A stretch of DNA of 64,000 nt, taken from Candidatus Latescibacterota bacterium. Its GTDB lineage: Bacteria; Latescibacterota; UBA2968; GCA-2709665. The notes under the pieces are model-generated. The model was not told where the DNA came from. It was given only the letters and a program-made list of their open reading frames with translations, and did not search any database. The DNA lies in the NCBI GenBank assembly GCA_965222075.1, contig OZ244937.1, positions 768,001 through 832,000 on the forward strand. Reading direction: 5' to 3'. The position numbers and the translations under genes are program-made. Positions within the stretch are counted from its first letter, which is position 1; each line of letters starts with the position of its first letter. Below, piece after piece: positions 21,403 through 30,848 of the stretch.

Positions 21403-21538
21403 CTTTGGCTTACCGACGAGTATCCCCGGCCGGTGCAGGATTTCGGTTGATCCGGAGGACCGGTTTTGGTAATTTTCATACAGTTGGTGTCGGCCCTGAT
21501 GGATAAGATGGTCGTTTCCAAAATTAAGGAGGCTCGCT

Positions 21539-23155
21539 ATGTTTAGACGTATTCGCAGTGTGTTTGTGTTGCTGCTTGCCGGAGGCGTGACGTGGAGCTG
21601 CAGCGGTGAGCGTGTGACGACGTCACCGGTAACGGATGCAGGCCTGCCTGTCGGGGGGCCGCTGAGTAAACCGGCTGTAAGCAGGGACTTGACACAGGCT
21701 TTGGTGGTGGCCAGGGTGCACCAGGATCAGGTGCCTGTGAGTGATGTAACCGTGGAACTCTCGCGTTCTGTTTCAGGACGGGCAGCGAATTATGAGTGGT
21801 CGGGCACAACCGATGAGAATGGTGAGGCGAGGGTGGAGATTGAGGGGGACAATGTGAGTGGTTATTATCAGGCGCGCGCCATGCAAGAGGGGAGCATGCT
21901 GGGTTCGTGGTCGAGTATTCCGATTAACGGTGGGTATGCGCTGGTGGTTGATTTGCCCGTTGGTGGGAAGGCACGTGTGACGGGTTCATTCATGCTGCCC
22001 TTAGTCACGATTGGCGAAGGTGAGGCCGTGCAGATCCGTTCGTTGCTCTCGCACACCGTCGTGCCGGGGCTTGCTGAGGGGTCGCGGTACAGCATCGAGT
22101 TAGCTGTCCGAGACTTCGGCAACATCCACGGTCACGAGGTCGAGCTCGGCGCGCCAATAGACGCCATGTGTTCGGCAGAAGGCGGACGTATGGGTGCCGA
22201 GATGATCATCGCCGACCCGCAGATAGTCGGCGTCATTGGCACGTCCTGCTCGGGTGCGGCCGTGGCGGCCTCGCCGCTGCTCAGCGAGGCGGGGCTGGTG
22301 ATGATCTCGCCGTCCAACACCTCGCCTGCGCTCACCTCCGACCTCGTCGGCAACGTGAGTCCCAACTACCACCCCGGCTATTTCCGCACCTCCAACAACG
22401 ACCTCTATGAGGCGAACGCGGTAGCCAATTTCGCCTACGGTGAACTGGGCCTGCGGCGTATGGTGACCATAGACGATGGCGACCCGTACACCATGGGCCT
22501 CACTGTCGCGTTTGGCAATGCGTTCCGCGCTCTTGGCGGCGAGGTCGCGGTCGCTGCCAGGATTGAGAAGGGGGTCACGGACATGACGGCCGTCCTGGAA
22601 GAGTTCGCGGCAGCCGAGCCGGACGGCATCTTCTTCCCGATCTTCGACCTGGAAGGCGCGCCCTTCGCCGAGCAGGCGAGGGAATTCGACGGCCTAAAAG
22701 ACGCGACACTCATCACGAGTTCGGCCCTCCTCTTGACGGAGTTCCTCGCCATGCCGCAGTCGGAGGGCATCTACTTTGCCGGCCCGGAGCCGGTGCAGGG
22801 CGCAAACGTCAATGTTGCCACCGGCAAGAGCGCGGACGAGGTGCTCGCCGCATTTGCAGCCACGTACGGCGGGTCTCCGAACACGCCTTACTGGGTGCAT
22901 TCCTACGATGCCGCGACGCTGCTGCTCAGTGCCATCGAGTCTGTTGGGGAGGTGAAGGACGGCAAGTTGTACATAGAGCGCGCCGCCCTGCGCCAGGAGA
23001 TCGCGGCGACGGACGGCTTCCAGGGTCTCCTCGGCACGCTCTTCTGCGACGATTTCGGAGACTGCGGCACCGGACGCATCAACATCTACCACCATACGGA
23101 CCCGGACATCACGGACCCGGCGCAGTTGCCGGTGGTCTATCGGTTCCCGCTGTGA
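21539..23155 (+). CDS. Tandem paralogue of the 19730 substrate-binding lipoprotein
   Basis: Same length (538 aa); near-identical N-terminus and high identity throughout. Confidence 0.9.
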   Translation: MFRRIRSVFVLLLAGGVTWSCSGERVTTSPVTDAGLPVGGPLSKPAVSRDLTQALVVARVHQDQVPVSDVTVELSRSVSGRAANYEWSGTTDENGEARVEIEGDNVSGYYQARAMQEGSMLGSWSSIPINGGYALVVDLPVGGKARVTGSFMLPLVTIGEGEAVQIRSLLSHTVVPGLAEGSRYSIELAVRDFGNIHGHEVELGAPIDAMCSAEGGRMGAEMIIADPQIVGVIGTSCSGAAVAASPLLSEAGLVMISPSNTSPALTSDLVGNVSPNYHPGYFRTSNNDLYEANAVANFAYGELGLRRMVTIDDGDPYTMGLTVAFGNAFRALGGEVAVAARIEKGVTDMTAVLEEFAAAEPDGIFFPIFDLEGAPFAEQAREFDGLKDATLITSSALLLTEFLAMPQSEGIYFAGPEPVQGANVNVATGKSADEVLAAFAATYGGSPNTPYWVHSYDAATLLLSAIESVGEVKDGKLYIERAALRQEIAATDGFQGLLGTLFCDDFGDCGTGRINIYHHTDPDITDPAQLPVVYRFPL

Positions 23156-23197
23156 AGCCCTAACTTTCACGATGATCCTGTTGGGGATCGAGTCATT

Positions 23198-26100
23198 GTG
23201 ATCCGAATGCTTGTCCTTAAGGGTGTGGTCCTGGCACTTGCTGCGGGTGAGTGCCTGGCTGTGCGGCCCTACGAGCCGATGCAGCCCGATCCGGTTCTGG
23301 AGTCCTGGCGCTGGCGGTCCTTCCCGGAGCTGAAAGGGCTGGGGCTCCAGTGCATGGTCGAAGACCGGTATGGGAACATGTGGTTCGGTACGGATGGGGG
23401 GGTGCGGCGCTATGACGGGCTGAACTGGAAGGTCTATACGCCGGAGGATGGTCTTTTGGGCGCGCCGGTGTGGACGCTTTGCGCAGCGCGGGACAGCAGC
23501 GTATATGCGGGCACGGAGATGGGGATCAGCCGGTTCAGGGAAGGGGTCTGGCGTCGTGTTTTCCCTCCGGAGGGCGATTTGTTCTGGTATGTGCTTGATT
23601 TGATGGAGGCGTCCGATGGGAGCCTGTGGGCGGGCACGGAATGGGGTGCGCTGCATCTGAGTGCCAGGGGCGCTACGCTTTACACGAATGAGGAGATCGG
23701 CGCTGCGGTCCGGATGCTTGCGCCCTATGTGCGGGTCTCCATCGTGCCGGATCGGGTGGCGCCGGTCTATCCCTGGACCAAAGAGATTCCCATCGGTATC
23801 CGGATAACGAATCAGGGGATCATCTGGGCGCTGGCTTCCGGGGGGCCGGAAGCGGCGGCGGGTCTGAAGGCCGGAGACCGCATCACGGCCGTGGATGGAG
23901 CGCCTGGGGTGACGCAGGGCCGACTGAACGGGCCTGTGGGCAGTCAGGTGAGGTTGACCGTGCAGCGGGAGGGGCGTTCCGGTCCCTTCGAGGTGAGTTT
24001 CACGCGGGGGCCGGTGGAAGGGACCTACCGCCGCTTCAAGTTTGCCGATGTTTTCGAAGACCGGGACGGGGCTATGTGGTTCGGTCTGCTAAGGGGTGAG
24101 ATTGTCCGCTACGATGCCCGCGGAACCGGGCCTGACGATCCGGCGGCGTGGCGGCTCTACACGGAACAGGACGGTTTGGATACCGGCAATCACCCCCGTA
24201 TTGCCCAGACCCGGGATGGGACGATCTGGACGGTCTCGGACAACAGCCGGAAGGGGGTGAACCGGTTCGATGGGAAGACCTGGGCGCGCTTCCGGCTGCA
24301 GGATCTGGGAGGGTATGACCACAGTACTTCTATTTTGGAGACGGGGGACGGGACGCTCTGGGTCGGCGGAAAGTTCGCCCTTCACGCCCTTCGGGATGGA
24401 AAATGGCACGTGTACCGGTCCGGGGAGGTGCCGGTTCCTTCCCATCGCGTCCGCCTCCTGGAGGCGTCCGACGGGGCGCTGTGGGTGGCGGGTCTGGGCC
24501 AGGAGGCGGTGCGGCTGGACTACAGGACAGGCCGGTGGATGAGCTACAAGGGGCTGTACTTTCAGTGTGAGACGCCGGATGGGTCGCAGTGGTTTGTGGC
24601 CCGGGATACCAGCGGTATGTGCAGCGTCGTGCGCCGCGCCCCTTCGGCAGGCTCGGGGCAAGGCGGAGGGCGGTGGACGCGCTATGGCGTGGAGGACGGG
24701 CTGATGGATTTCCCCCGCAGGCTTATCGCAACCCGACAGGGCGCGCTCTGGGCTGCGGGGAGTCACCAAAACACAGCGGCTACGGCCCGGTTCAACGGGA
24801 AGGGGTGGTCTCTAAAGGTGCATCCCCGGCTCTCCTGGTCGATCAATACGAGGGGGGTCTACGAGTCTCCGGACGGCGCGCTCTGGTTTGGGGCGGATAT
24901 TCCCTGGAATAGGGAGCACCGCTTTGGCCTGCTCCGCTTTGAGGGGAGACGGTCCGGTGAACCGGGGACCTGGACGCACTATGCCCCACCCGGGGCGCCT
25001 ATTATGGCTTACGGCATTGGACAGACTGCCGATGGCACGATCTGGGCGGGGGGATATGACCTGGCCCGGTTCGATGGACGTTCCTGGACGTTGCTCAAGG
25101 AACCGAAAGCGCTGACCGTACCCTTCATCAACGTGGTGTATGCCACTGCAAAGGGAGACCTTTGGGTGGGGCACCGGTCCTATGGTATTTTTCACTACAA
25201 TGGGCAGGCATGGACCCGCTACGACGTGCGGAACGGGCTGGCGGACAACGCCATCGGAAGCATTCTCCGGACGGTTGACGGCAGCGTCTGGGCCGGAACG
25301 GAAAAGGGGATCAGCCGTTTCGACGGGCGGTCCTGGACGACGCATGCCGTTTCTCCGGACCTGCATCTGGACCGGGCCGGATCGCTCCGGCAGTCCCGGG
25401 ACGGGGCGCTGTGGATCAATACCATGTTTAAGAAGGAAAGCAGGTGGGTGTGGCACACAATCCGCTATCGGCCCGATACCGATCCTCCGGAGACGGAGAT
25501 TACCCTGTTTTTGCGTGAGGTCTCCCAGCCGGGCAATACCCCCCTGGCCTGGACGGGCGCAGATCCCTGGCGTATCACCCCGGAAGAGGACCTCCAGTAT
25601 GCCTGGCGCCTGGATGGGGGTGAATGGTCTGCGTTCTCTGCCGAGCGGAGCCGCATCTTCCAGACCCTGGCCAGCGGGGCGCACACTTTCGAGGTGAAGG
25701 CGCGGGACCAGGATTTCAACGAGGATGCCACGCCGGCGGTTATGCAATTTACGGTGGTTCCCGTGGTCTGGCGGCAGCCCTGGTTTATCGCGATGGTCGT
25801 GGTCTTTGTGGGGACCGTGACGCTCCAGGCTTCCCGCATTGTGGTGCGGGACCGGAAGCTCAAACAGGCCAATACGGCGCTTCGGGACGCCAACGATGCT
25901 CTGAAACAGGAGATGGCGGAACGGGCCAGGCTGGATGCCCAGCTTGAGCACATGCGCTACCTCCACCGCCTGCGCGCGGCCCTGGAGCCGGCGCGGTCCG
26001 CCGAGGCGGTGATCCGCAACGCCGGGGGGATCATGGTGGAGGTCCTGGAGGGGGCGACATCGGCCGGCGTGCTGATCGAACACGATGGCCGGGAATGGCG

Positions 26101-27034
26101 GTTCGGGCAGGAGGGCGCGCAGGGCCGGGTGCACTACAAACGGCCGATTGCCTGGGGAGCGAAAGAGCGGGGGCGGTTGCACCTGTTCAGCAGCGTGGCG
26201 CTATCCCAGTCCCAGGAAGGGGCGCTGTTGGACGAGACGGCCGGACAGATTGCCCGGGCGCTGGAGGCCCGAGAGCTGGAGATGCAGATTCTCCAGTCCG
26301 CCCGGCTGGTCTCGCTGGGGCAGATGGCCGCCGGGGTGGCCCACGAGCTCAAACAGCCGCTGACGGTTATCGAGACCACGGCGGGGGATGTCTGTTCCCG
26401 CCTGATGGAGGGTCTGGACCTGCCGCCTGAAGACCTGAGGGAAATGATGCAGAAGGTCCGGAAGGTTGTTGAGCGCATGGCCGGTACGGTCGATCACATG
26501 CGCGTCTTTTCCCGGGACGTGTCCGAGGAACCGCGCAGGGCGTTCTCCCTCAACGAGATCATCCACAACAGCCTGAGGATAATCGGCGCCCAGCTCAAGA
26601 ACCACGGCATTGAACTCACCCTGGACCTGGCCGGGGATCTGCCTTTGGTGTGGGGCCACCCGTACCCGATGGAGCAGGTGTTCATGAATCTGCTGGGCAA
26701 CGCCCGGGACGCCCTGGATGAACGGGCACGGCAGGATGCCGGCGGAAACGGCGCGTTTGAGAAGCGCGTGGCCGTCCGGACGCGGTGCGAAACATACGGC
26801 ATCCGGTGGGTGGTCGTCCAGGTGGAGGACAACGGCATCGGGATGGAGGTGGCGGACCGGGAGCGGATTTTCGAGCCTTTCTTCACGACCAAGGAGGCGG
26901 ACCAGGGCACGGGGCTGGGGTTGTCGATCTCGTATGCGATCGTGCAGAACCACCACGGGCGGATCTCCTGCGAGAGCAGCAAAGGGAAGGGTACGATCTT
27001 CCGGGTGGTTCTGCCGGTGTCGGAGGGGAAGTGA
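23198..27034 (+). CDS. Sensor histidine kinase with two-component regulator beta-propeller, PDZ, Y_Y_Y/Ig, TM and HisKA-HATPase domains
   Basis: Repeated D..G.(L/M)W.G.; AGLKAGDRITAVDG; HTFEVKARD; GVAHELKQP, NLLGNA, DNGIG, GTGLGL. Confidence 0.92.
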   Translation: MIRMLVLKGVVLALAAGECLAVRPYEPMQPDPVLESWRWRSFPELKGLGLQCMVEDRYGNMWFGTDGGVRRYDGLNWKVYTPEDGLLGAPVWTLCAARDSSVYAGTEMGISRFREGVWRRVFPPEGDLFWYVLDLMEASDGSLWAGTEWGALHLSARGATLYTNEEIGAAVRMLAPYVRVSIVPDRVAPVYPWTKEIPIGIRITNQGIIWALASGGPEAAAGLKAGDRITAVDGAPGVTQGRLNGPVGSQVRLTVQREGRSGPFEVSFTRGPVEGTYRRFKFADVFEDRDGAMWFGLLRGEIVRYDARGTGPDDPAAWRLYTEQDGLDTGNHPRIAQTRDGTIWTVSDNSRKGVNRFDGKTWARFRLQDLGGYDHSTSILETGDGTLWVGGKFALHALRDGKWHVYRSGEVPVPSHRVRLLEASDGALWVAGLGQEAVRLDYRTGRWMSYKGLYFQCETPDGSQWFVARDTSGMCSVVRRAPSAGSGQGGGRWTRYGVEDGLMDFPRRLIATRQGALWAAGSHQNTAATARFNGKGWSLKVHPRLSWSINTRGVYESPDGALWFGADIPWNREHRFGLLRFEGRRSGEPGTWTHYAPPGAPIMAYGIGQTADGTIWAGGYDLARFDGRSWTLLKEPKALTVPFINVVYATAKGDLWVGHRSYGIFHYNGQAWTRYDVRNGLADNAIGSILRTVDGSVWAGTEKGISRFDGRSWTTHAVSPDLHLDRAGSLRQSRDGALWINTMFKKESRWVWHTIRYRPDTDPPETEITLFLREVSQPGNTPLAWTGADPWRITPEEDLQYAWRLDGGEWSAFSAERSRIFQTLASGAHTFEVKARDQDFNEDATPAVMQFTVVPVVWRQPWFIAMVVVFVGTVTLQASRIVVRDRKLKQANTALRDANDALKQEMAERARLDAQLEHMRYLHRLRAALEPARSAEAVIRNAGGIMVEVLEGATSAGVLIEHDGREWRFGQEGAQGRVHYKRPIAWGAKERGRLHLFSSVALSQSQEGALLDETAGQIARALEARELEMQILQSARLVSLGQMAAGVAHELKQPLTVIETTAGDVCSRLMEGLDLPPEDLREMMQKVRKVVERMAGTVDHMRVFSRDVSEEPRRAFSLNEIIHNSLRIIGAQLKNHGIELTLDLAGDLPLVWGHPYPMEQVFMNLLGNARDALDERARQDAGGNGAFEKRVAVRTRCETYGIRWVVVQVEDNGIGMEVADRERIFEPFFTTKEADQGTGLGLSISYAIVQNHHGRISCESSKGKGTIFRVVLPVSEGK

Positions 27035-27215
27035 CACTGATTCAGATCCCATTTCTCTCGAAAAGACTCTGTGCCGAATACGGAATTTGAACTGGTGAGG
27101 GGATCAGCATTCTGACCCTGTGGTTCCTGTTCTACATCCTCTCTACATCCTCCCGGCTTTCGGCCTCCGGTCTTCGCCTCGCGTTTTATCCTTCCGAACG
27201 ATTCCGCTGACACAA

Positions 27216-27281
27216 CTGTTCAATTCTGGCCCACCTGCTGTTCAATTCTGGCCCACCTGCTGTTCAATTCTGGTGCACCTC
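27216..27281 (+). repeat. Three contiguous 22-bp direct repeats (possible transposase-binding or iteron array)
   Basis: CTGTTCAATTCTGGCCCACCTG x2 plus CTGTTCAATTCTGGTGCACCTC; no spacers. Confidence 0.9.
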
Positions 27282-27383
27282 TCTTTTGTTATGTTTTCGA
27301 TGCATGTTTCAAAAGGGATTGATTTTAAACGAAATAGAACATTATCGTGTGTATTGGCAAGGAATTTGCCCCTCTGTATGCGT

Positions 27384-28289
27384 ATGAACAGCACACGCCC
27401 ATCATCGCCACGCCTGTCCAGGGCCCTTTCGACCGACGAACCGTATGCCTTACAGACGGTAGGCCGCCAGGCGGAACTCCGAAAGCTGCAGGAAAATTTG
27501 AACAAGGGGATAGACTCCCTGCTGGTCGGACCGGTCGGGGTGGGGAAGAGCCACCTGCTGGGCCTGCTGGAGGGGGACAGAATCATCCGCGTGAAGGGCC
27601 TGGGGCCCGTGCGGCAGGCCATTATTGAGATTGCCGAAGCACTGCACAACGCAGGGGTGTTCCAGCCTGACGCGGGAGATTTCGAAGCGGTCAAAAAGCA
27701 GCATACACGGACCAGCGTCCAGGGCTGGACGCAGATGGTGCTTGACTCCGTGAAACACAACGCCTGGGTACTCATTGTGGACGATCTGTCGGATCTGACC
27801 GCGTCCATGGCCCGGCTCATCCACAGGCTCAACAAAAAGTTCGTGATCATCGCCGCGCTGCACGAGGTGAAGGCGAGTCACGAGAAGTACTTCTGGAAGT
27901 TCGACCGGGTGGAGCTTGCCAACCTGCCGCCGCCGGACGCCAGGCAGCTCATCCGGCAGTGCGCGGCCGGGGCGGATGTCGAAGATCTCCGGATGTTGCA
28001 GACCTATGTGCTGCACAAAAGTGCAGGCAACCCCCGCGCGATCGTGGAGATCGTGGGCCGGCTGCGCAAAGAATCCGTGATTACCAGATCAGCCGTTCGA
28101 GATGTGGTCCACACCGGGGCGCGGCCCCGGATCGACCTGACGCCGGGGCTGATCGTTGTGGCGATGGTCCTGCTCGCCGCCCGGTTTATCGCCCGGGGCA
28201 CAGGCAGCGTGGACGGATACGTGATCGCGGGGGTAGGCAGCGCCTTTGTCATGGGCATCCGGTTCTTCCTCTACCGCTTCCGGAGGTGA
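27384..28289 (+). CDS. AAA+ ATPase with two C-terminal transmembrane helices
   Basis: VGRQAEL, Walker A GPVGVGKS, Walker B LIVDD, GNPRAI; hydrophobic C-terminus; start at 27378 or 27384. Confidence 0.85.
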   Translation: MNSTRPSSPRLSRALSTDEPYALQTVGRQAELRKLQENLNKGIDSLLVGPVGVGKSHLLGLLEGDRIIRVKGLGPVRQAIIEIAEALHNAGVFQPDAGDFEAVKKQHTRTSVQGWTQMVLDSVKHNAWVLIVDDLSDLTASMARLIHRLNKKFVIIAALHEVKASHEKYFWKFDRVELANLPPPDARQLIRQCAAGADVEDLRMLQTYVLHKSAGNPRAIVEIVGRLRKESVITRSAVRDVVHTGARPRIDLTPGLIVVAMVLLAARFIARGTGSVDGYVIAGVGSAFVMGIRFFLYRFRR

Positions 28290-28298
28290 TCGTCCGGG

Positions 28299-29528
28299 GT
28301 GGGCATCCGTAATCTCTTCTTTATGACTGCTTCTACTCACATCGCCTTCGGCCTGCTGTCCGCTGCGGGCGCCTTTTCTCTGACCTCGGTCCCCTTGCAT
28401 CAGGATGTGTCGGCGGTTGGAGGCGCCATCCTGGGCAGCCTGCTGCCGGATATCGACTCTCCGAAGAGTTCCATCGGTCGGATGCTGCCCTTTGTGTCGG
28501 CGCCTATCGAGCAGAGGTGGGGGCACCGGGCGGTAACCCACTCCCTCCTGGCCCTTCTGGCCCTGGGCCTGGTCACGCTGCCACTGTTTTTTTATTGGGG
28601 GTCCTGCTTTACCGCCCTTCTGACCGGCTACGCAAGCCACTTATTCGCCGATTGCGCCACCAAAAGCGGGGTGCCCCTTTTCTATCCCAACCCGGCCGTG
28701 TGCGTGTTTCCTGCCAACGACCGCTACCGCATCCGTACGGGGTCGCTGGTCGGTGAGGGGCTGGTGCTGGTCTTGCTGTTGATCCTGCTGGCGGTGTCGA
28801 TGCCGGTGCTGCGGGTGGGAGGCATCTGGCGGGCGGTGCGCTACCTGATCGCCTCGCAGAGGACGGCCTATGCGGACTACCGGGAGGCGGCCTCGGAGGC
28901 GGTGCTGAGCTTCGAGGGCCGGTGGCGGGAGTCAAGGCGGCCGGTCCGGGGAGAGGCGCTGATCCTGGACGCCACCTCAGGGAGATTGCTGATTGCCTTT
29001 GAGGGCCGGGTCCTGACCGTGGGAGAAGAGGGGGATATCCTGTCGGACAAGTCGCGGGTGCGAGAGACGGGCCGGCCCATCCGGCTGAGTAGCCTGAGGG
29101 TGCGTGGCAAGACCTTTGAGGAGATCCTGGCGCAGGTCCCGGAGGGGGCGTTTGTATCGGGACGTCTGGAGGGGGATGCATCCGTTCACCTGAGCGGCCG
29201 AAAAGAGGTCTTCCAGGCCCGGCACGTCTGCGTCCGGGCATCCGGAAGGACGCTGGAACTCACGTTTGTACCCCGATCAGCGCTGGCCCGCCTGGCCCCG
29301 AGGCGGCAGGTGGATGCGGGCCGGATCACTGAGCTCCGGGCGCAGATCGGGGGGCTGGCCTCGGCTCTGCAGGCGATGCAGCTCAAGCGCCCTCCGGTGC
29401 ACTATCTGAAGCTCCGGGAGACCCGGGAGGAACTCGAGGCCGGGCAAAGAGAGCTGGCCGGGCTGAGGGAGCCGACTGTACGCTTTACCGGGTTGCTGTC
29501 TCTGCGGATTCCGGGAGGGGTAAAATGA
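28299..29528 (+). CDS. YdjM-family membrane metal-dependent hydrolase with extended soluble C-terminus
   Basis: TH, GSLLPDID, GHRAVTHS, GYASHLFAD motifs. Confidence 0.88.
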   Translation: MGIRNLFFMTASTHIAFGLLSAAGAFSLTSVPLHQDVSAVGGAILGSLLPDIDSPKSSIGRMLPFVSAPIEQRWGHRAVTHSLLALLALGLVTLPLFFYWGSCFTALLTGYASHLFADCATKSGVPLFYPNPAVCVFPANDRYRIRTGSLVGEGLVLVLLLILLAVSMPVLRVGGIWRAVRYLIASQRTAYADYREAASEAVLSFEGRWRESRRPVRGEALILDATSGRLLIAFEGRVLTVGEEGDILSDKSRVRETGRPIRLSSLRVRGKTFEEILAQVPEGAFVSGRLEGDASVHLSGRKEVFQARHVCVRASGRTLELTFVPRSALARLAPRRQVDAGRITELRAQIGGLASALQAMQLKRPPVHYLKLRETREELEAGQRELAGLREPTVRFTGLLSLRIPGGVK

Positions 29529-30256
29529 AGGTACGACGCTTATGGTTTGTGATTCTGCTGTGGTCCACCAGCGCCGGGGCCGGGGACCTGGAGTTGACGG
29601 CGCCTTTGGAGCCGGCGCGGTCGGCGGATGTCTACGCCAGGATGACCGGGCAGGTTGAACGCATTGCGGTATTGGAGGGAGACCGGGTGGCCGCTGGCGA
29701 TACCCTGGCCCTGCTGGAGGAGGGCATACTGCGCCTGGCCGAAGCAGCAGCGGGGGTGGCCTGCCGGAAGGCGCGGGGGAGGCTGGAGCGGGCCGAGCAG
29801 ATGTGGACCAGAGGGCTGATCAGTGTCCAGCAGGTAGAGTCGATCCGGTACGAAGCGGAGGCCGCGTGCATCCGCTGGGAGAAGGCGCGGTTTGTCCTGG
29901 CCAAAGCGGTCGTGCTGGCTCCGATGGGCGGCCTTGTTGCCAGGTGTGGGGTTCGGGTCGGGGATCTGACGTCTCCCCGGATGCTGCTGTTCCGGATTAT
30001 CGATCCGGAGGATCTGGTGGCGGACCTGTTCGTGCCGGCCGATCGGCTGGACCTGGTGGGGCCGGGCCAGGCGGTGACGGCCCGGTCGACCCTCTCGCCC
30101 GAACCGCTCCTTTCGGGCCGGGTTTTGAGGATCAGCCCGGTGATCGATGCGGAAAGCGGGACCTGCCGGGCGGTGGCGGCGTTTCCCGGGGCGGGAAAGT
30201 GGGTCCGACCCGGGACCCCGGTCCGGGTGGTGCTCACAAATAGGGCAGGGAAGTGA
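29525..30256 (+). CDS. RND-type periplasmic adaptor (membrane fusion protein) with no pump nearby
   Basis: V.EGDRVAAGDTLA.L, APMGG.V, ISPVIDAESGT; start overlaps the upstream stop. Confidence 0.85.
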   Translation: MKVRRLWFVILLWSTSAGAGDLELTAPLEPARSADVYARMTGQVERIAVLEGDRVAAGDTLALLEEGILRLAEAAAGVACRKARGRLERAEQMWTRGLISVQQVESIRYEAEAACIRWEKARFVLAKAVVLAPMGGLVARCGVRVGDLTSPRMLLFRIIDPEDLVADLFVPADRLDLVGPGQAVTARSTLSPEPLLSGRVLRISPVIDAESGTCRAVAAFPGAGKWVRPGTPVRVVLTNRAGK

Positions 30257-30338
30257 AGTCACTAAAACATAAAACAATCCTTCTTGTTAGCTGCTGGCCG
30301 ACGCAGATGAGGAAGTAGAAAATTAACAGACAGAACGG

Positions 30339-30842
30339 TCATCTGACCATGGTTCGAGCTAAGCAGTGAATGATTTCCTTCCCTGCTTCATAGGAAGAGA
30401 CAACTTCGGAATACGTAGCGGTGGAAGGGATCTGGCCTTGGTGGGCGAAGGCATTTCGCCATTGGATGATATTGTTGTATGACGACAACACGCTTACACC
30501 CTGTGAACGAAGGATTTGCCGTTCTGCCTGCTGCTCCTGCTTCTTGTAGCGAGATACATACTTATCACCGAACCGAGGGATGTGTGTATTCCGCAAATCT
30601 TTTGTTCCAATTCGACCGTTTAACCTCTCAAAATAAGACCTGGCATACTGCCCGAACACTTTGTGCTTCTTCTCACAGAAGTCTATGAATATTTCTTTCA
30701 CTGCCAGTTCGTAGACTGTAGTCGCTGCTACAGCCACAAAACCAACGTATCTGGATGTGATGAATGGATCTTTCAACGAATTAATAACCCCGTTGAGATG
30801 GATGAGCAAATCGTCTGCGAGCTTGAAATGGTCAGAGTACAT
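30339..30842 (-). CDS. HEPN domain protein (MAE_18760/RiboL-PSP-like), predicted RNase
   Basis: N-terminal YE motif and R-x4-H in WRNAFAHQG. Confidence 0.85.
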   Translation of the reverse strand: MYSDHFKLADDLLIHLNGVINSLKDPFITSRYVGFVAVAATTVYELAVKEIFIDFCEKKHKVFGQYARSYFERLNGRIGTKDLRNTHIPRFGDKYVSRYKKQEQQAERQILRSQGVSVLSSYNNIIQWRNAFAHQGQIPSTATYSEVVSSYEAGKEIIHCLARTMVR

Positions 30843-30848
30843 ATCACA

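Noticed and set aside
18080-23155. Diversity-generating retroelement acting on the binding-protein paralogues
   Set aside because: No reverse transcriptase in the window; differences are spread through the genes and are not obviously adenine-specific.
27216-27281. CRISPR array
   Set aside because: Repeats are contiguous with no spacers, and no cas genes are present.
30280-30300. attC site after the HEPN gene (minus-strand CAGCTAACAAG)
   Set aside because: Only a half-site-like motif; no complementary GTT core or hairpin and no integron integrase.
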